DNA of 63,883 nucleotides, the filler included, from Welwitschia mirabilis (Eukaryota), in NCBI GenBank assembly GCA_051453625.1. It is 6 parts of one record of this genome, joined end to end, with 100 filler letters (N's around TTAATTAATTAA, not from the genome) between each part and the next. Parts side by side here need not be neighbours in the genome. Positions count along the whole stretch, not along the records: positions 1 to 15,892 come from JBOZIK010000001.1; positions 15,993 to 29,651 come from JBOZIK010000001.1; 4 more parts are not named here. One strand, given 5' to 3'. Shown piece after piece: positions 14,701-25,512 of the stretch; the first letter of the stretch is position 1, and the number at the start of each line of letters is the position of its first letter. The notes below the pieces were generated by a model that was not told the DNA's origin, did no database searches, and saw nothing but the letters and a program-made list of their open reading frames with translations. Both the position numbers and the translations under genes were made by a program.

Positions 14701-17700
14701 TTGTGGGTGCTCACCTATCTTATGTCTCTTCAAACTGGGTTTCAAATCCTTTAAATGGTATCAAAGCCAATGAGGGTTCATTGCTTCACTACAACCCCTC
14801 ANNNNNNNNNNNNNNNNNNNNNNNNNNNNNNNNNNNNNNNNNNNNNNNNNNNNNNNNNNNNNNNNNNNNNNNNNNNNNNNNNNNNNNNNNNNNNNNNNNN
14901 NNNNNNNNNNNNNNNNNNNNNNNNNNNNNNNNNNNNNNNNNNNNNNNNNNNNNNNNNNNNNNNNNNNNNNNNNNNNNNNNNNNNNNNNNNNNNNNNNNNN
15001 NNNNNNNNNNNNNNNNNNNNNNNNNNNNNNNNNNNNNNNNNNNNNNNNNNNNNNNNNNNNNNNNNNNNNNNNNNNNNNNNGAGGATCATAAATAGAGATC
15101 ACGCAGGGAGGATGTCAACTGAGAGAAGGATGAGTCCTCGCACTACAAACATGAACGGGAACGCGACAAGGACAAACATTGAGACAGAGATAGAGACAAA
15201 GACAAAGACAGAGAGAGGGATTTGGAGAAGAAAGGAAGGGATCAATGAAGGTCTGAGAAAGAAAAGGAAAGAGATCGAGATTCTTCTGATAAACATAGCC
15301 GGGAGAAGGATTATCTCAAGCACAGAGATGCAAAGGATCGTGACCGATTAAGAAAGGGTAAGATCATGAGATTTCTAAAATAAATAAGATGTACTTCGAT
15401 TCTGATTTCCGCTTTGGAAATGGAAAGATTCATCAGCAGGAAAAGAAGCCTAAAACAAAGAGTGTTAGCAGTCTGGATGTTGTAGGCACTGTTCAGTTTG
15501 GTTCATTGGAAGCACTTAATGCAAAGATTGAATACTTCTAGAGTTTTGGGTGGTATGTTGGCATTTTAACCTCTTATTTTTAATTAAAAGCCCTAGTTTC
15601 TTATTAGTTGCAAAGCCTTCATTTGTTTAAATAAAACCATTGGTTATGAAGGGGGTGACATGAATGGTAGTCTTAATAGTCCCAACATGAGTTTTTTAAA
15701 AAACAAATCTTTATTGTATTTCTTAGAAGAGCATCATATCCCATCCCCGTTGGAACATTATTGTAAAGGTCACTTATAATGTGAAGAAGGCACCTTGCTA
15801 TTCCCCTTTCAAATTTGTTTAATTTTAAAATGTAAAGGAGTTGGAAACTTTGAGATGCCTATGTGAAAGGCATGGATGTTTCAAGGCGAAGANNNNNNNN
15901 NNNNNNNNNNNNNNNNNNNNNNNNNNNNNNNNNNNNTTAATTAATTAANNNNNNNNNNNNNNNNNNNNNNNNNNNNNNNNNNNNNNNNNNNNTATCTTCT
16001 TTTTTAGCATTTTTTTTTTATGTCTATAATCAAAAGATTATTTTTTTCTCACATGTCAAATAAATATTAAAATCCATTAGATTTGCAATTTTGGTTTTTT
16101 TTAAAAAAAACAACAATATATTTTGACTATTTCCATAATATATCTCTGGTTACAAATGTTTAATTTAATGAGAACAGAATAAATCATGAATTAAGGGCCT
16201 TAGATTTCATTTTTAGTAGATATCAATTCATTTTTTTTAATTTATCCTTAGGTTGTATTGTTGTTTCTTCGCATTACGAAAATCGAAAACTCGATTGATG
16301 TTTCACTGTAGTCGCATCACGTTGTTATGATCTTTCATGTTCAATATTTATTAAATATTACCTAAAAAAAGGAGTATTGTCTCGTGATTAGGTTTCTTTT
16401 TTTTAAAGAATTGGAAATTCACAGAAATTCCATTTTTATTTTATTTATTTATTTATTTTTTATTTTCGTATTAAGTGGATGAAATTTTGGTAAAAGTCTA
16501 GATTCTTATAAAACAGTATATCGTACTACTTAATTTTGGCTAAACATCACCAAAATCGATATAACGTTGCAAAAAAAAAATAGCAATAGATCTGGCGCTA
16601 GAAGGAGGGTGTTAAACAAAATTCGATCATCATTAGACAAATCAAAAATCATTTGATCGTTACGAACAAAATTTGTCGTAACATAATCTAGATATACCAC
16701 CATGGCATTCTCAATTACAAAATGTATGTATGGCATTTTTTGATTGTGAACATACTTTTGCCCAAGAGCATCCAAAATCTCTCTTCCATTCATCCCCGAT
16801 TCTTCAAAAGATTTGATTCCAATCTAAGTTTGAAAGAAATCCACTAACAAAATAAACAATAGAGAATATCGATTAAAAAAAAAAAAAAGAAATGTTGGAA
16901 ACAATCTCGGAAATGAATCAAAAAAGTAAACAAATTGAGTAAGAGTAATTGTACCTATGAAATCACTTCGAATCTTGAGTAGATTTCAATTTGGATTGCT
17001 TTAAGATGCATTTTCAATGAAGCTCGAACCAGGGAATTCATTGGAAGCCACAACAATGCATTTCTCTAAAAGAAACCTTGAAAATTTGGGTTTTAACATT
17101 TATTATTCTATTTTTTCTGTGGTATGATTCTAAAGCTTGTGGAATCACCAGAATCGGGATTTTGGTGATTCTGCTTTAAAGTATGGTTTTGGCTTGGGAA
17201 TCACTATTCTAATGTGATTCAACATCTTGCAGTCCAGAATCATCGAAATTGCGATTCTGCTCCACGTTTCCAAACCATGGTTGATATAAGAGTGTCCACA
17301 TTAAATATAGTCTTTCATTTGCCACTGATGTCACATTCAATTTCATTAATTTGTTAACAACAAAGGTTGCTTTAGATCTATTGTTTATTGTCTGACAACC
17401 TCATTAATGGTAGTTTTAGACATATTCTCATAAGTGAATGCATTAATAATTAAGTTGGAAGCATCAAAAGACTTGGATAGTTTGAAAACTAGATGTAAAG
17501 GGTGAAGCCCATCATGGGGAAGGTCGGAAGAATGCAATGTAGAGTAGTGGATGAGGATAACTGATGTAATTGAGGTAATGTTATGAATGACATTGAAAGC
17601 AAATGGAAAATACCAATGAACTGATCAAATAGACAATGAAATTTAAGAAGTAATAATCACAACAAATAAACATACAATTCCAACGACAAGATTCTTTCAC

Positions 17701-20700
17701 AACAGCCCTTAATTACTGCTTCAAACAAGCATGAATAGAAAGAAGCTCATGAATGCTCCAGTAATCAATTTTAAAGGGTGATGTGGAACATGGTAGGCCA
17801 CACAAATGGACTTTTTTAGAATAGGTTCATGATCTTCAGAGTTCTAATTGCTAATCTTTATGTTACCACACTCTTAAAATATTTGCTTGTTAACCTTATT
17901 TTATCATACTCTTTTGGCAATTTTGATTTTACTAGCCAACTTTAGTTATCAGACATTTTAGATTTGTGGTTTTCGTTTGTTCTCTTGGTTGTTTTCTCAA
18001 ACATTATTGTTTATAACTGTTGGGATGCTTTTGCTTTATTTAACCTTAGGAAGGCCTTATTTTGTTTGTACATATTCATGTGGATTAGTGTACTTCTTCA
18101 AGGGCTTATATATGCTTAAATGCTTTATGTGTTTAAGGCATCATTTTTCACTTTTTTGAACAAGAGAACATTCTGCGGAGTATTCAAAGATAGACTGAAA
18201 ATAGAGCAAAAATGGGGGTGAAAGGGCCCCTGGGAAAATAGGCGAAGAATGGGAAACTGACTATCTAGGAGACCATTCTGCAGTAAATGCAAAGATGAAC
18301 TATAGAGTAGGGAAACTGGGGGCGAAAACGCCCCTAAGTACTAGAAGTGACAGAAACTGAAATTAGGCTAGAGCAAAGACCTGAAGTATGGAGGATTATT
18401 ATCCTCTACAAAAAGGAAAGAGATTGCCATGATTATGTTCTAGTAAGAATCGGCCCATTTTATCTGACAACACCTCAAAAGCCTGATTAACCTCTTTGAA
18501 TTCTTCGACACCTGCTTGATTTTTATTTGGATTCAATCTCAGTGCTTTCTTTCTATAACTAGACCTGATAGCTTGTGGAAGGGCTCTATGAGAGATTCCC
18601 AAAGTGACAAATGGGCATCTCTTTAGCCCGTGAATTGTTGCAAGCATGACCTGTCATTTTGCAGTGTTCATGTTTATACTTTCCTATGGATTATGCTGCC
18701 TTTCTTTTGAAGAGGAATCCATGGTTGAATTTTGGGCAGGACTAGGGCTCCTTTCCGGCTGAGGGGAAGCTTGGCCATGTGGTTGCTCCCTCTGCTCCTG
18801 GGAGTCAGTTGGTATCTACTCTTGAGCTGTCTCCTTCTGGGCTGGAGGCGAATTCGGCTCCTCTGTCTGTGGTTCTAAGGGCGAAGTCGCCCCTTGCTGA
18901 GAGCTGGGATTTCCTTATGCAACGTTCCCCTCAGATTGAAGGGCTTCTTTCGTGGTAGCTGTTCTCTTAGATTTTCTCCTTGGAGGAGTCTGTTGGGGAA
19001 GTTGTCGCGAGGGGGGAGAAGGGGCTTCTCTTGCCCTAATCTCATTAGCTACCCTCCAAATCACCAAAATTAATCCTAAATGCCTAGTTGTATCTTTTCG
19101 TCAAAGGGCCTGAACAAAGAAGAAGGGCAAATTCACCTGGTCCCCTAGGTCCAGGGCTTTAAGAGAAGCGAAGTGTAGTCTTGAAAGCTTTGAGGAACAA
19201 TCGGATTGAATGAAGTATCGGTCGATTAAGTCTACACCCAAGCCCCAAGGGGGCGGAAGCGCCTTCCGGCTAATGTGTCCAGTAAGCAGCTTAGGGACAC
19301 CACCAGGAAAGAAATGGAGTGCCTCTCGCTGCCTTCGGCTTCCAAGGAGTATCCTTTCTCCAACTGCAAGGATTTCCAGCAGTCTGGAAAGAGTTTTTCT
19401 AGTTATTTCAATAGGAATTCTTTTAAAGGTTGTGCGCTGCCCTCTCCAACATCTGTAAAATGGGGCGATATCGATCCTTGGTTCTCCCTTAAGTTTGTAT
19501 AGGAGGGTTCCCCATCTCACTGCCTGCACTTTGTCTCACAGGTCTGGGCATCCTTCGAATAGGTCGAGATCAGACGGCTCAACGGTGCGTGTAGCTCCCA
19601 TTGCAATTCTGATTTGAGAATGGTAACGCTTGATTCTCCTAGCGGTATTTAATGGAAATGGTAAGGGGGCACTATTGAAAATCAAATCATTTCTGTTCTC
19701 CAAATCTGTCAATAAGTCAAGCGAATCCCATCATTTAAGCAAGTGTCAGATGTGTTGCAAGTCTGGTAGTACTTCTTTATTATTGTCATTAACCCTTTAC
19801 TCTAACTGCATTGATGAAACAGGTGGTTTGCATTTTCAGGACAAGATTGACAGACAGGACAGGCTATTTCCACTGGGAAACACCTCTTATGCAATTGATC
19901 TCTAGTGAGGACTTTATGGCAATCCTTCAACCAACAGAACATTTTAATTTTTTTTGGAATTTGGCCCTTCCAGAATTTCTGGTAGGAGTCATCTTTCCCA
20001 TATTTCTTTTGGAGGATCTGTTTGACTGTATCTACATGACAAATGTTTAAGTCTAGTAGGTGTCTTCGAGCTTTGCTGAGATGTTTTCTCAGATAGGATT
20101 CTCCCTGATCAGTGCTCCAGTTTGGGTATTTGTGATTGATTAAGTCACTCCAAGGTTGTCCTCCCTCGGTCAATCTTTTCAAGATCTGATGAGCTCCTTT
20201 AAGAAGACAGTCCTTTGGTCTCTGGATCCCCCAGCCTCTTGATTTCTTGGATCGATTTATTGTCTCCCATTTGCAAAGGTGAATATGGTTTTGGTCTTTA
20301 CCTCTAGACCAAATGAATTCCTTCAGGATTCTGATAATTTTTTGAATGATGTTCTTTGGGGGGTGATAACGGAAGCTATGTATTTGAAGGAAGAGATTAG
20401 ACATGAGTTTATCTTTGCTTTGGAGGAGTGTTCAAGGCATCATTTGAAATATCTTCTATGGTTAGTATTTATTTACATTTATGGCATACAGTTCACACAT
20501 GCTGCAAGGAGATGGATATCTAACGCAGGGGCATCCTCTTATTGGAACAATTTTACTTGGAAGATGGTATTGACACAAGAGTGGAGTTATTTGGCATTTC
20601 AAAGGGGAATATGGTTGATTCATTGGATATTTGAGTAGCTCCAGGTGATTTTGGACTTGTAATTGATGATTGACAATGGTTAATTGACAATTTGGTTGAT

Positions 20701-23700
20701 CTCCATTGTAGCTTAACTGCTCCACTGTTATGAACTAGAAACTGTCAAAATTACTTTGAACTTGCTTGATTGACTGCACATACATATGCAAACTTAGGAC
20801 TATCTTACCCGAATTTGCTTTAGTATGCATTTTTGAAGGCAGGCCAGGACTCTTTCAGAGCTGATAGACCAAAATGATCTAGAAATTCAAAATTTAATGT
20901 CTAAAGTTTGTTTTCTCAGTTGTTTGTACATGCAAAGGAATTCTCTAATGGCCATGTATGTGTTCATTCAATTTCTGAAATTTTTTAGGTGTTTCCATTT
21001 GCTAAACACAGATTGCAAAATCTTGGACTTACATTCTCCAATAGTCACTATAATTGGTTTTCATTTAAAAGGAGATTGAGAGCTCATTGCAGAGGGTTCT
21101 GTTTTATTTCTTTGGTTCTCTCTAGCAGTGCTATTACATAGTTCTCTATCTACCTCTTGTTCTAAATTTCTGGTCAGTCTTCAATAGAATGGAACTTGAA
21201 GCCAAAAGTTTCTTCTAGTTTACTTTCTTTTTATGTTGTAGCTCATTGCTTGCCCTGCTATGAAAATAATAATAAAGGGAAAAAAAAGCAGAAGTGGCAG
21301 AGGGGAGAAGGAGAGAGGTGTAAAGTACCTGTCTAGGTTATATGGTCATTTACGTATGGGAGGTTATTTAATTATAAGGGAGCTAATGTACTTTTAGGGT
21401 TTGTGACCTTGATGTGAGCTTATAAAAGAGAGATTTGCGTTTGAGGTCAGTTGTATGTAACGGCAAATGTAATATGAACTCTAAGATTGAGTGATTGTTT
21501 GCCCTATTAAAGCTATTAAGGACAACTTTTGTCTTTACCCTTTTTTTCCCTTTTTTAAATCAAATTACGAGCTCTACACTGTTCTGTGAACATAGGGTGA
21601 AAAGAACCCAAATCATGTTAATTCTTATCTAACCACAACTCTATTTCATTGTTTCTTTTGGCTATGTTCTTGGATAACATTCATTACTATGTTTTTAACA
21701 TTCTTGGGTATATTGTTTGTCAAATTTCATCTATGTCCTTGGTTGAGCCTTAACTGAAAGTGTTCATGGTCTTGTGGGTGATTAATAAAAGTGTTTTTGA
21801 TGATTGCTCTTGGGAAAATAATTGGTATGGTTGTACTTTCAGTTCTTCACCAAAGTTTATGGGAACAAGGGAGAAAGAAATTTAATTCCTTCCAAGTATG
21901 AAGTAGGCATCAGCTAAACCATTATAATTTTTTGTTTGCTTCCACTTATTGTGCGTTTTTGAAAGAACCTAAAATCCAGATCTATGATGGCAAGTACACC
22001 ACTAACAATAGGAGTGTGGGCTCTTTGCAACATGAACCACATTAGATGAAAAATATTCTTGTAGGCAATTCTTTCTTGTGGCTCCCAAGCAACTACTTCA
22101 TGCCTCAAAAGTCTTCAAAAAGTAGAAAGCTTCTTCCTCTGAAAATGGGGAAGAAAAAAGTCTGTAACCTGAAGGGCTAGAGAAAAAGGAAGGCATGATG
22201 ATCTTTGCATGAGAAAGGTCTAGTTGCCCAATGCTTTCACCATGAAAAACTAGACAAGAATGAAGGGGCAAGAAAATCAAACATGGAAATAATACAGTTA
22301 CATTTCAAAGTATTGTTCCTTTTCAAATTTGCCCACTTTCCTTGATGACTAACAAGCTTCCAAGCTCTATAAAGGATCAATGTAGGCTCAGCGTTAAGCA
22401 AACCTCTACAGAATTAGGCTTTGCAAACCTAGGAGCAACATGAAGATTAAAGGGTAGGACTCTTTCTTTTCTGCTTGTTCAAGAATTTTCTAACATCATA
22501 AGGGGGTACCATCTTGGATAAGCCATGGTTGTTGCTTGGCTTAGGGTTAAAATCCTTGGTTACACTTGACCGTGCAGGATATCTTCTTAGCTTTAGGAGA
22601 ATATCAATAACTTTTTAGCAATTCTTGCAAAACAAGAGAAGCCAACTCTTCCCTTTCATTAACAAGTTGAGATAAAATATTAGATCTTCCATACCCAAGG
22701 GAAGGAATCCTACATCAGCATTATATTTCTTTATATGATAGCCAGGATAGGCACCTATCAAGGATGTAATTAAGATGATACTTATTGTTTTGTTCCATAT
22801 CTTGACATCATAGATGAAACATTTCAAATTGTCACTTTTACATAACCACATGTAATTTTTTCCCCATAAAGTTTGGGTCAAGGGGATGTCAAACTTGAAA
22901 CTTTAGTAACCAAATCTTTCCTTAGGAGTACAACCACTATGATTGCCCAAATAAATAACTTAATGGTGACAAGGGTCTTATAGTGTGCCAAGCAAGACAT
23001 CCAAAGTTTTGAATCCATGCCCTTCTATATGGAGGGCGAATGTTTTACCAATTGGAAATAAACACTCTCATCACTCATTTAGTGTTATATGTTTTCCTTA
23101 AAATCAAAGGCATAATGTGTATTGCTCAAATGTCACATGCACTTTCATCACCCGTGTATAAATATATTCTATTTAACCTCCAGATTCTTCTCTCTTACCC
23201 CTCATGATCCTCTCATGTGGTTATGCCCTCTTCTACTAGTGGTTTGTAACAGAGGTATCTAAACCTTCAATTTTATTCAATAAAGAGCACTTTTAATATG
23301 TATCACTTTGTTCCAAATTTTTCATCCCATTCACACTTCCACATCCCTAAGGTTTTTCTAAAACCAACAGATTTTGATGGCCTTCTCTTATAATCAGTAA
23401 CAATGATGATTTTTGAAACTAATGTTACAATGTTAGGAAACCATACTGCACTTATCAGAGTCAATAGTTTGCTTGGCTGGATGAACACCTTTGTTTTTAT
23501 GATTTAAAGTTACAAAGCTCGATTGCATGTGACCATCTGTTAAATGAGACATCAGAATAGTCAACATATTATTGATTTAGGTAGTCTTTAAAAGAACCAC
23601 ATCTGATCTAGATAGCTGAAATTCAAAACAATGCAATATTTTCCTTTAATGGAATGCTTTCTTTCCTTATCTTTCGTCATGATTGACAGGAAATTTTACT

Positions 23701-23758
23701 AGTACTTGATGGCACAACTGGATTGAATATGCTTACACAGGCAAAGGAGTTCAATGAG
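8479..23758 (+). CDS. cpFtsY: Chloroplast signal recognition particle receptor (cpFtsY), multi-exon, 3'-incomplete in this window
   Basis: Exons 8479-8787, 9210-9314, 9384-9457, 9560-9618, 9821-9858, 10673-10793, 10904-10972, 11062-11144 and 23690-23758. All introns are GT..AG with compatible phases, giving 927 nt = 309 aa. The translation has a Ser/Thr/Arg-rich transit-peptide-like N-terminus, FFTRLGRVIKEKAKSDVEKIFSGFSKTR, ALLVSDFGPK, G1 [19 protein letters not shown], G3 CDTSGRLHT and EILLVLDGTTGLNML. The G4 (TKLD) exon and the last exon were not found. Confidence 0.95.
9210..9314 (+). CDS. cpFtsY: cpFtsY exon 2
   Basis: tttag|ALLVSDFGPKTASAIVESLRSQILSGKLKSGEDIK|gtaact. Confidence 0.92.
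9384..9457 (+). CDS. cpFtsY: cpFtsY exon 3
   Basis: ttccag|VALKKKVIGLLTQKVKSTELQFGY|gtatgg. Confidence 0.9.
9560..9618 (+). CDS. cpFtsY: cpFtsY exon 4 (P-loop G1)
   Basis: tttag|[19 protein letters not shown]|gtactt. Confidence 0.93.
9821..9858 (+). CDS. cpFtsY: cpFtsY exon 5
   Basis: ttgtag|GKLAYRLKKEGVK|gtgcca. Confidence 0.9.
10673..10793 (+). CDS. cpFtsY: cpFtsY exon 6
   Basis: acaag|[40 protein letters not shown]|gtacat. Confidence 0.93.
10904..10972 (+). CDS. cpFtsY: cpFtsY exon 7
   Basis: tttcag|VLSQTVQKAKKENYDVVLCDTSG|gtaagt. Confidence 0.93.
11062..11144 (+). CDS. cpFtsY: cpFtsY exon 8
   Basis: ggcag|RLHTDFELMDQLVACKKAINKVLSTAPN|gtgagt. Confidence 0.92.
14538..15892 (+). mobile_element. 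Non-autonomous LTR retroelement copy A, nested in the hAT, carrying Arg/Asp-rich cargo
   Basis: LTR 3' end, then aa, then PBS TGGTATCAAAGCC (tRNA-iMet type) at 14756-14768. PPT ttggttatgaagggggTG at 15640-15657, followed by a 3' LTR cut by the contig linker. No gag/pol is visible. The 5' boundary lies in or before the N gap (possibly 14284). Confidence 0.75.
15081..15383 (+). pseudogene. Decayed fragment of an RD/RE-rich (splicing-factor-like) coding sequence
   Basis: Frame EDHK*RSRREDVN*EKDESSHYKHERERDKDKH*DRDRDKDKDRERDLEKKGRDQ*RSEKEKERDRDSSDKHSREKD...; the stops are of CGA/CAG>TGA/TAG type. Parent gene not identified. Confidence 0.6.
15893..15992. other. Artificial contig linker (44N-TTAATTAATTAA-44N); also at 29652-29751, 35585-35684, 47042-47141, 62490-62589
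   Basis: Five identical 100-nt blocks; the 12-mer gives stop codons in all six frames. Confidence 0.97.
18152..20730 (-). mobile_element. 5'-truncated L1-type LINE; ORF2 C-terminal part with an extension ending in a J-domain
   Basis: ORF 19802-20404 carries FIW..IHLCKWETI..KKSRGWGI and zf-RVT (IPKKIKMFCWL..LTRDQL..CPVC..ENANHLFHQC), followed by WQIWR-RNDLIF. A short poly(A)-like 3' end (cttgttcaaaaaa on -) lies at ~18152-18165. No TSD was found and the 5' end is approximate. Confidence 0.85.
18399..18647 (-). pseudogene. DnaJ-type J-domain at the C-terminus of the LINE ORF2 frame
   Basis: CPFVTLGISHRALPQAIRSSYRKKALRLNPNKNQAGVEEFKEVNQAFEVLSDKMGR matches the J-domain pattern (Y.VLG...A....IK..YRK.AL..HPDKN.....FKEI..AYEVLSD...R); the HPD position reads NPN. 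Confidence 0.85.
23690..23758 (+). CDS. cpFtsY: cpFtsY exon 9
   Basis: gacag|EILLVLDGTTGLNMLTQAKEFNE|gtagtt, after a ~12.5-kb intron. Confidence 0.92.
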
Positions 23759-25218
23759 GTAGTTACAAATTCTGCATTTAAGGCAAATACATTTTGACCA
23801 GTTTTTACAAACGGCAATCTTTATTAGCAAATGTACATATATGCCATAAATCTTTTCCATGGATAGATGCTTGAAATTCCTATGTAAAACAGCTATGCTT
23901 TATGATATTGATATAAATAATCTACAGCCTTGATACTTCTTATCAGAATGTTATGTTTTATGTCAGATGTGTCAAAATGGCTGCTTTTGGTTTTCAGTGC
24001 TTTAAAAAAACCACAAGTAAATTCTTAATATTAACAGCAGCACAAGCTGCATAAATATCTAGCATATATTGAGACTAGTGTAATGTGTGAGATTTATGGT
24101 TTTGTTTCTTTTTGGAAGGGCTACACAAACTTTTGAGGAAAATTTTAGACTTTTTAATACTAACTGTCCTGGAAAATATAGAAGATAAACAACAGCAGAG
24201 AAAATCAAGTGTTTATCACAAAGGGTGTCAATTTTATACATTTCACTGCACTGTTTTCCTATGGTTATGGGGATGAAAGAATGATGAAAGACTCAGAAGT
24301 CATTTGCAATGTGATGCATTCAGTTCTCAGAATATTTCATGTAATTCATTTTTATTGCTTGGTTTATGAGTTGTTCGTATCACCCATGTCATCACTCAAG
24401 GGTGTGAGGTGTTGAGGAGAGCAGATTTCAGAGCATGGTGTAGAACCTGGAGAAGGAATTCATTATTGGCTTAAGGATAGGCAGAATGTATTTCAATGGG
24501 ATAACTCTGGATACCATGAAGCCAATATTTACTTTCCACTATGATACCACTCTGTAAAGACACAATAGTTATTTTCCTGTTTCAGGAAAATTGTAATATT
24601 TGTGAAGTGTGGTACATATAAGAGGAAAGTATGTTTTAAATCCACTTAACTAAGTCGATGAATTGTTAGTCAGTCAAGTCTGATCCACATGAAAAGAGCA
24701 GGTTTATTTTATGCTACTGAGTTATCATTGTTTATGTAAAGGACCTCCACCAAACAGCATTGGCATACAAAGCGGTTTTGGGTAGCACACACTAAGGGAT
24801 TGAAAAGCCCACGTGAATGTTAGTATACATTATTATTTGATGACCACATAGTGATCGTGACTTCTGAGAGGTATCTGATGCTCTTTATAGGGTAGCCACC
24901 TCATGGCAATGCAATTGGCAGTTAAACCATGCCTCAAATAGCTCTCTTCGGTGCTGACTAAAGATTACACATTCAATTTAGTTTGAAATTGATTTAATGT
25001 TTTGGTACTATTTAAATGCTGCAGTTTAATAGATGCTGTTGATACTCAAAATTGTTGGGTATGTTTGGCATAGGTAATGCCACTGTTTTATGTTTTCCAA
25101 AGAAGGGAAATTATCATTTCTAAAGTCATTGATAAAGGGCTTGGAAATAAAAATAATGCAAGTATTAGCATTATTTTGTAAGAGTCTAAATTAGCCATCC
25201 CTTAACTTTAGGGATTGG

Positions 25219-25512
25219 TTAAGTCAAGTTTTTTTTTGGGAAATAGTTGTTTGATCCATGTTTTTTGGAACTAAGATAAGACTTGTGAAGAAAGTTCAGA
25301 ATGAGATCAGGGTGAAAGTTATGAGACATCACGGATAAACTAACCTTGAAAGATAATGAAAAACATGCCCAGTTGTTGTCCCCGACATGGCCACGAGATG
25401 GGGCATCCATGTTTAAAAAATTATTTTTTATGTTTTGAATACATGATGTTTATCATTTCATGGATATCAATTTATGATTTTCTATTTGTGTCTTAGGCTT
25501 ACAAACCCTTCA
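25219..25512 (+). mobile_element. Partial LTR (3' portion) of the same cargo-carrying LTR family, no PBS after it
   Basis: Aligns with 27150-27409 and ends ...aaacccttCA, followed by unrelated sequence. Confidence 0.75.

Larger units (their letters stand above)
11324..17279 (-). mobile_element. hAT DNA transposon with decayed, intron-containing transposase (BED finger, DUF659-type core, hAT dimerisation domain)
   Basis: 8-bp TSD GTTGATAT at 11316-11323 and 17280-17287. Imperfect TIRs CATAGTTTTAAAGTGTGGA / CATGGTTTGGAAACGTGGA, with GAATC/GATTC subterminal motifs at 17120-17260. Minus-strand peptides: CHGGISRL (~16690-16800), SIMANERTTFRGRTLINFLV..KSVDAS (13601-13730), YWTPCAAHDLDLMLED (~13420-13465), WNAQFHTPLHAAAHHLNPKF (~12590-12650), WWDSWGHNTPEL..CSASVCEQNWSAFEHIH (~12150-12277). 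Many stops and frameshifts. Confidence 0.9.

Noticed and set aside
14756-14768. tRNA gene
   Set aside because: It is only a 12-13-nt primer-binding-site match to the tRNA-iMet 3' end, with no cloverleaf. The same applies to 27412-27424.
18399-18647. Stand-alone host DnaJ gene
   Set aside because: It has no separate promoter or exon structure, shares a frame with the LINE ORF2 extension and lies inside the LINE 3' end.
21030-23270. Classifiable retroelement in intron 8
   Set aside because: It looks like decayed TE sequence (LTR/PBS-like gtaacagaggtatc at ~23246), but no motif was readable enough to assign it.
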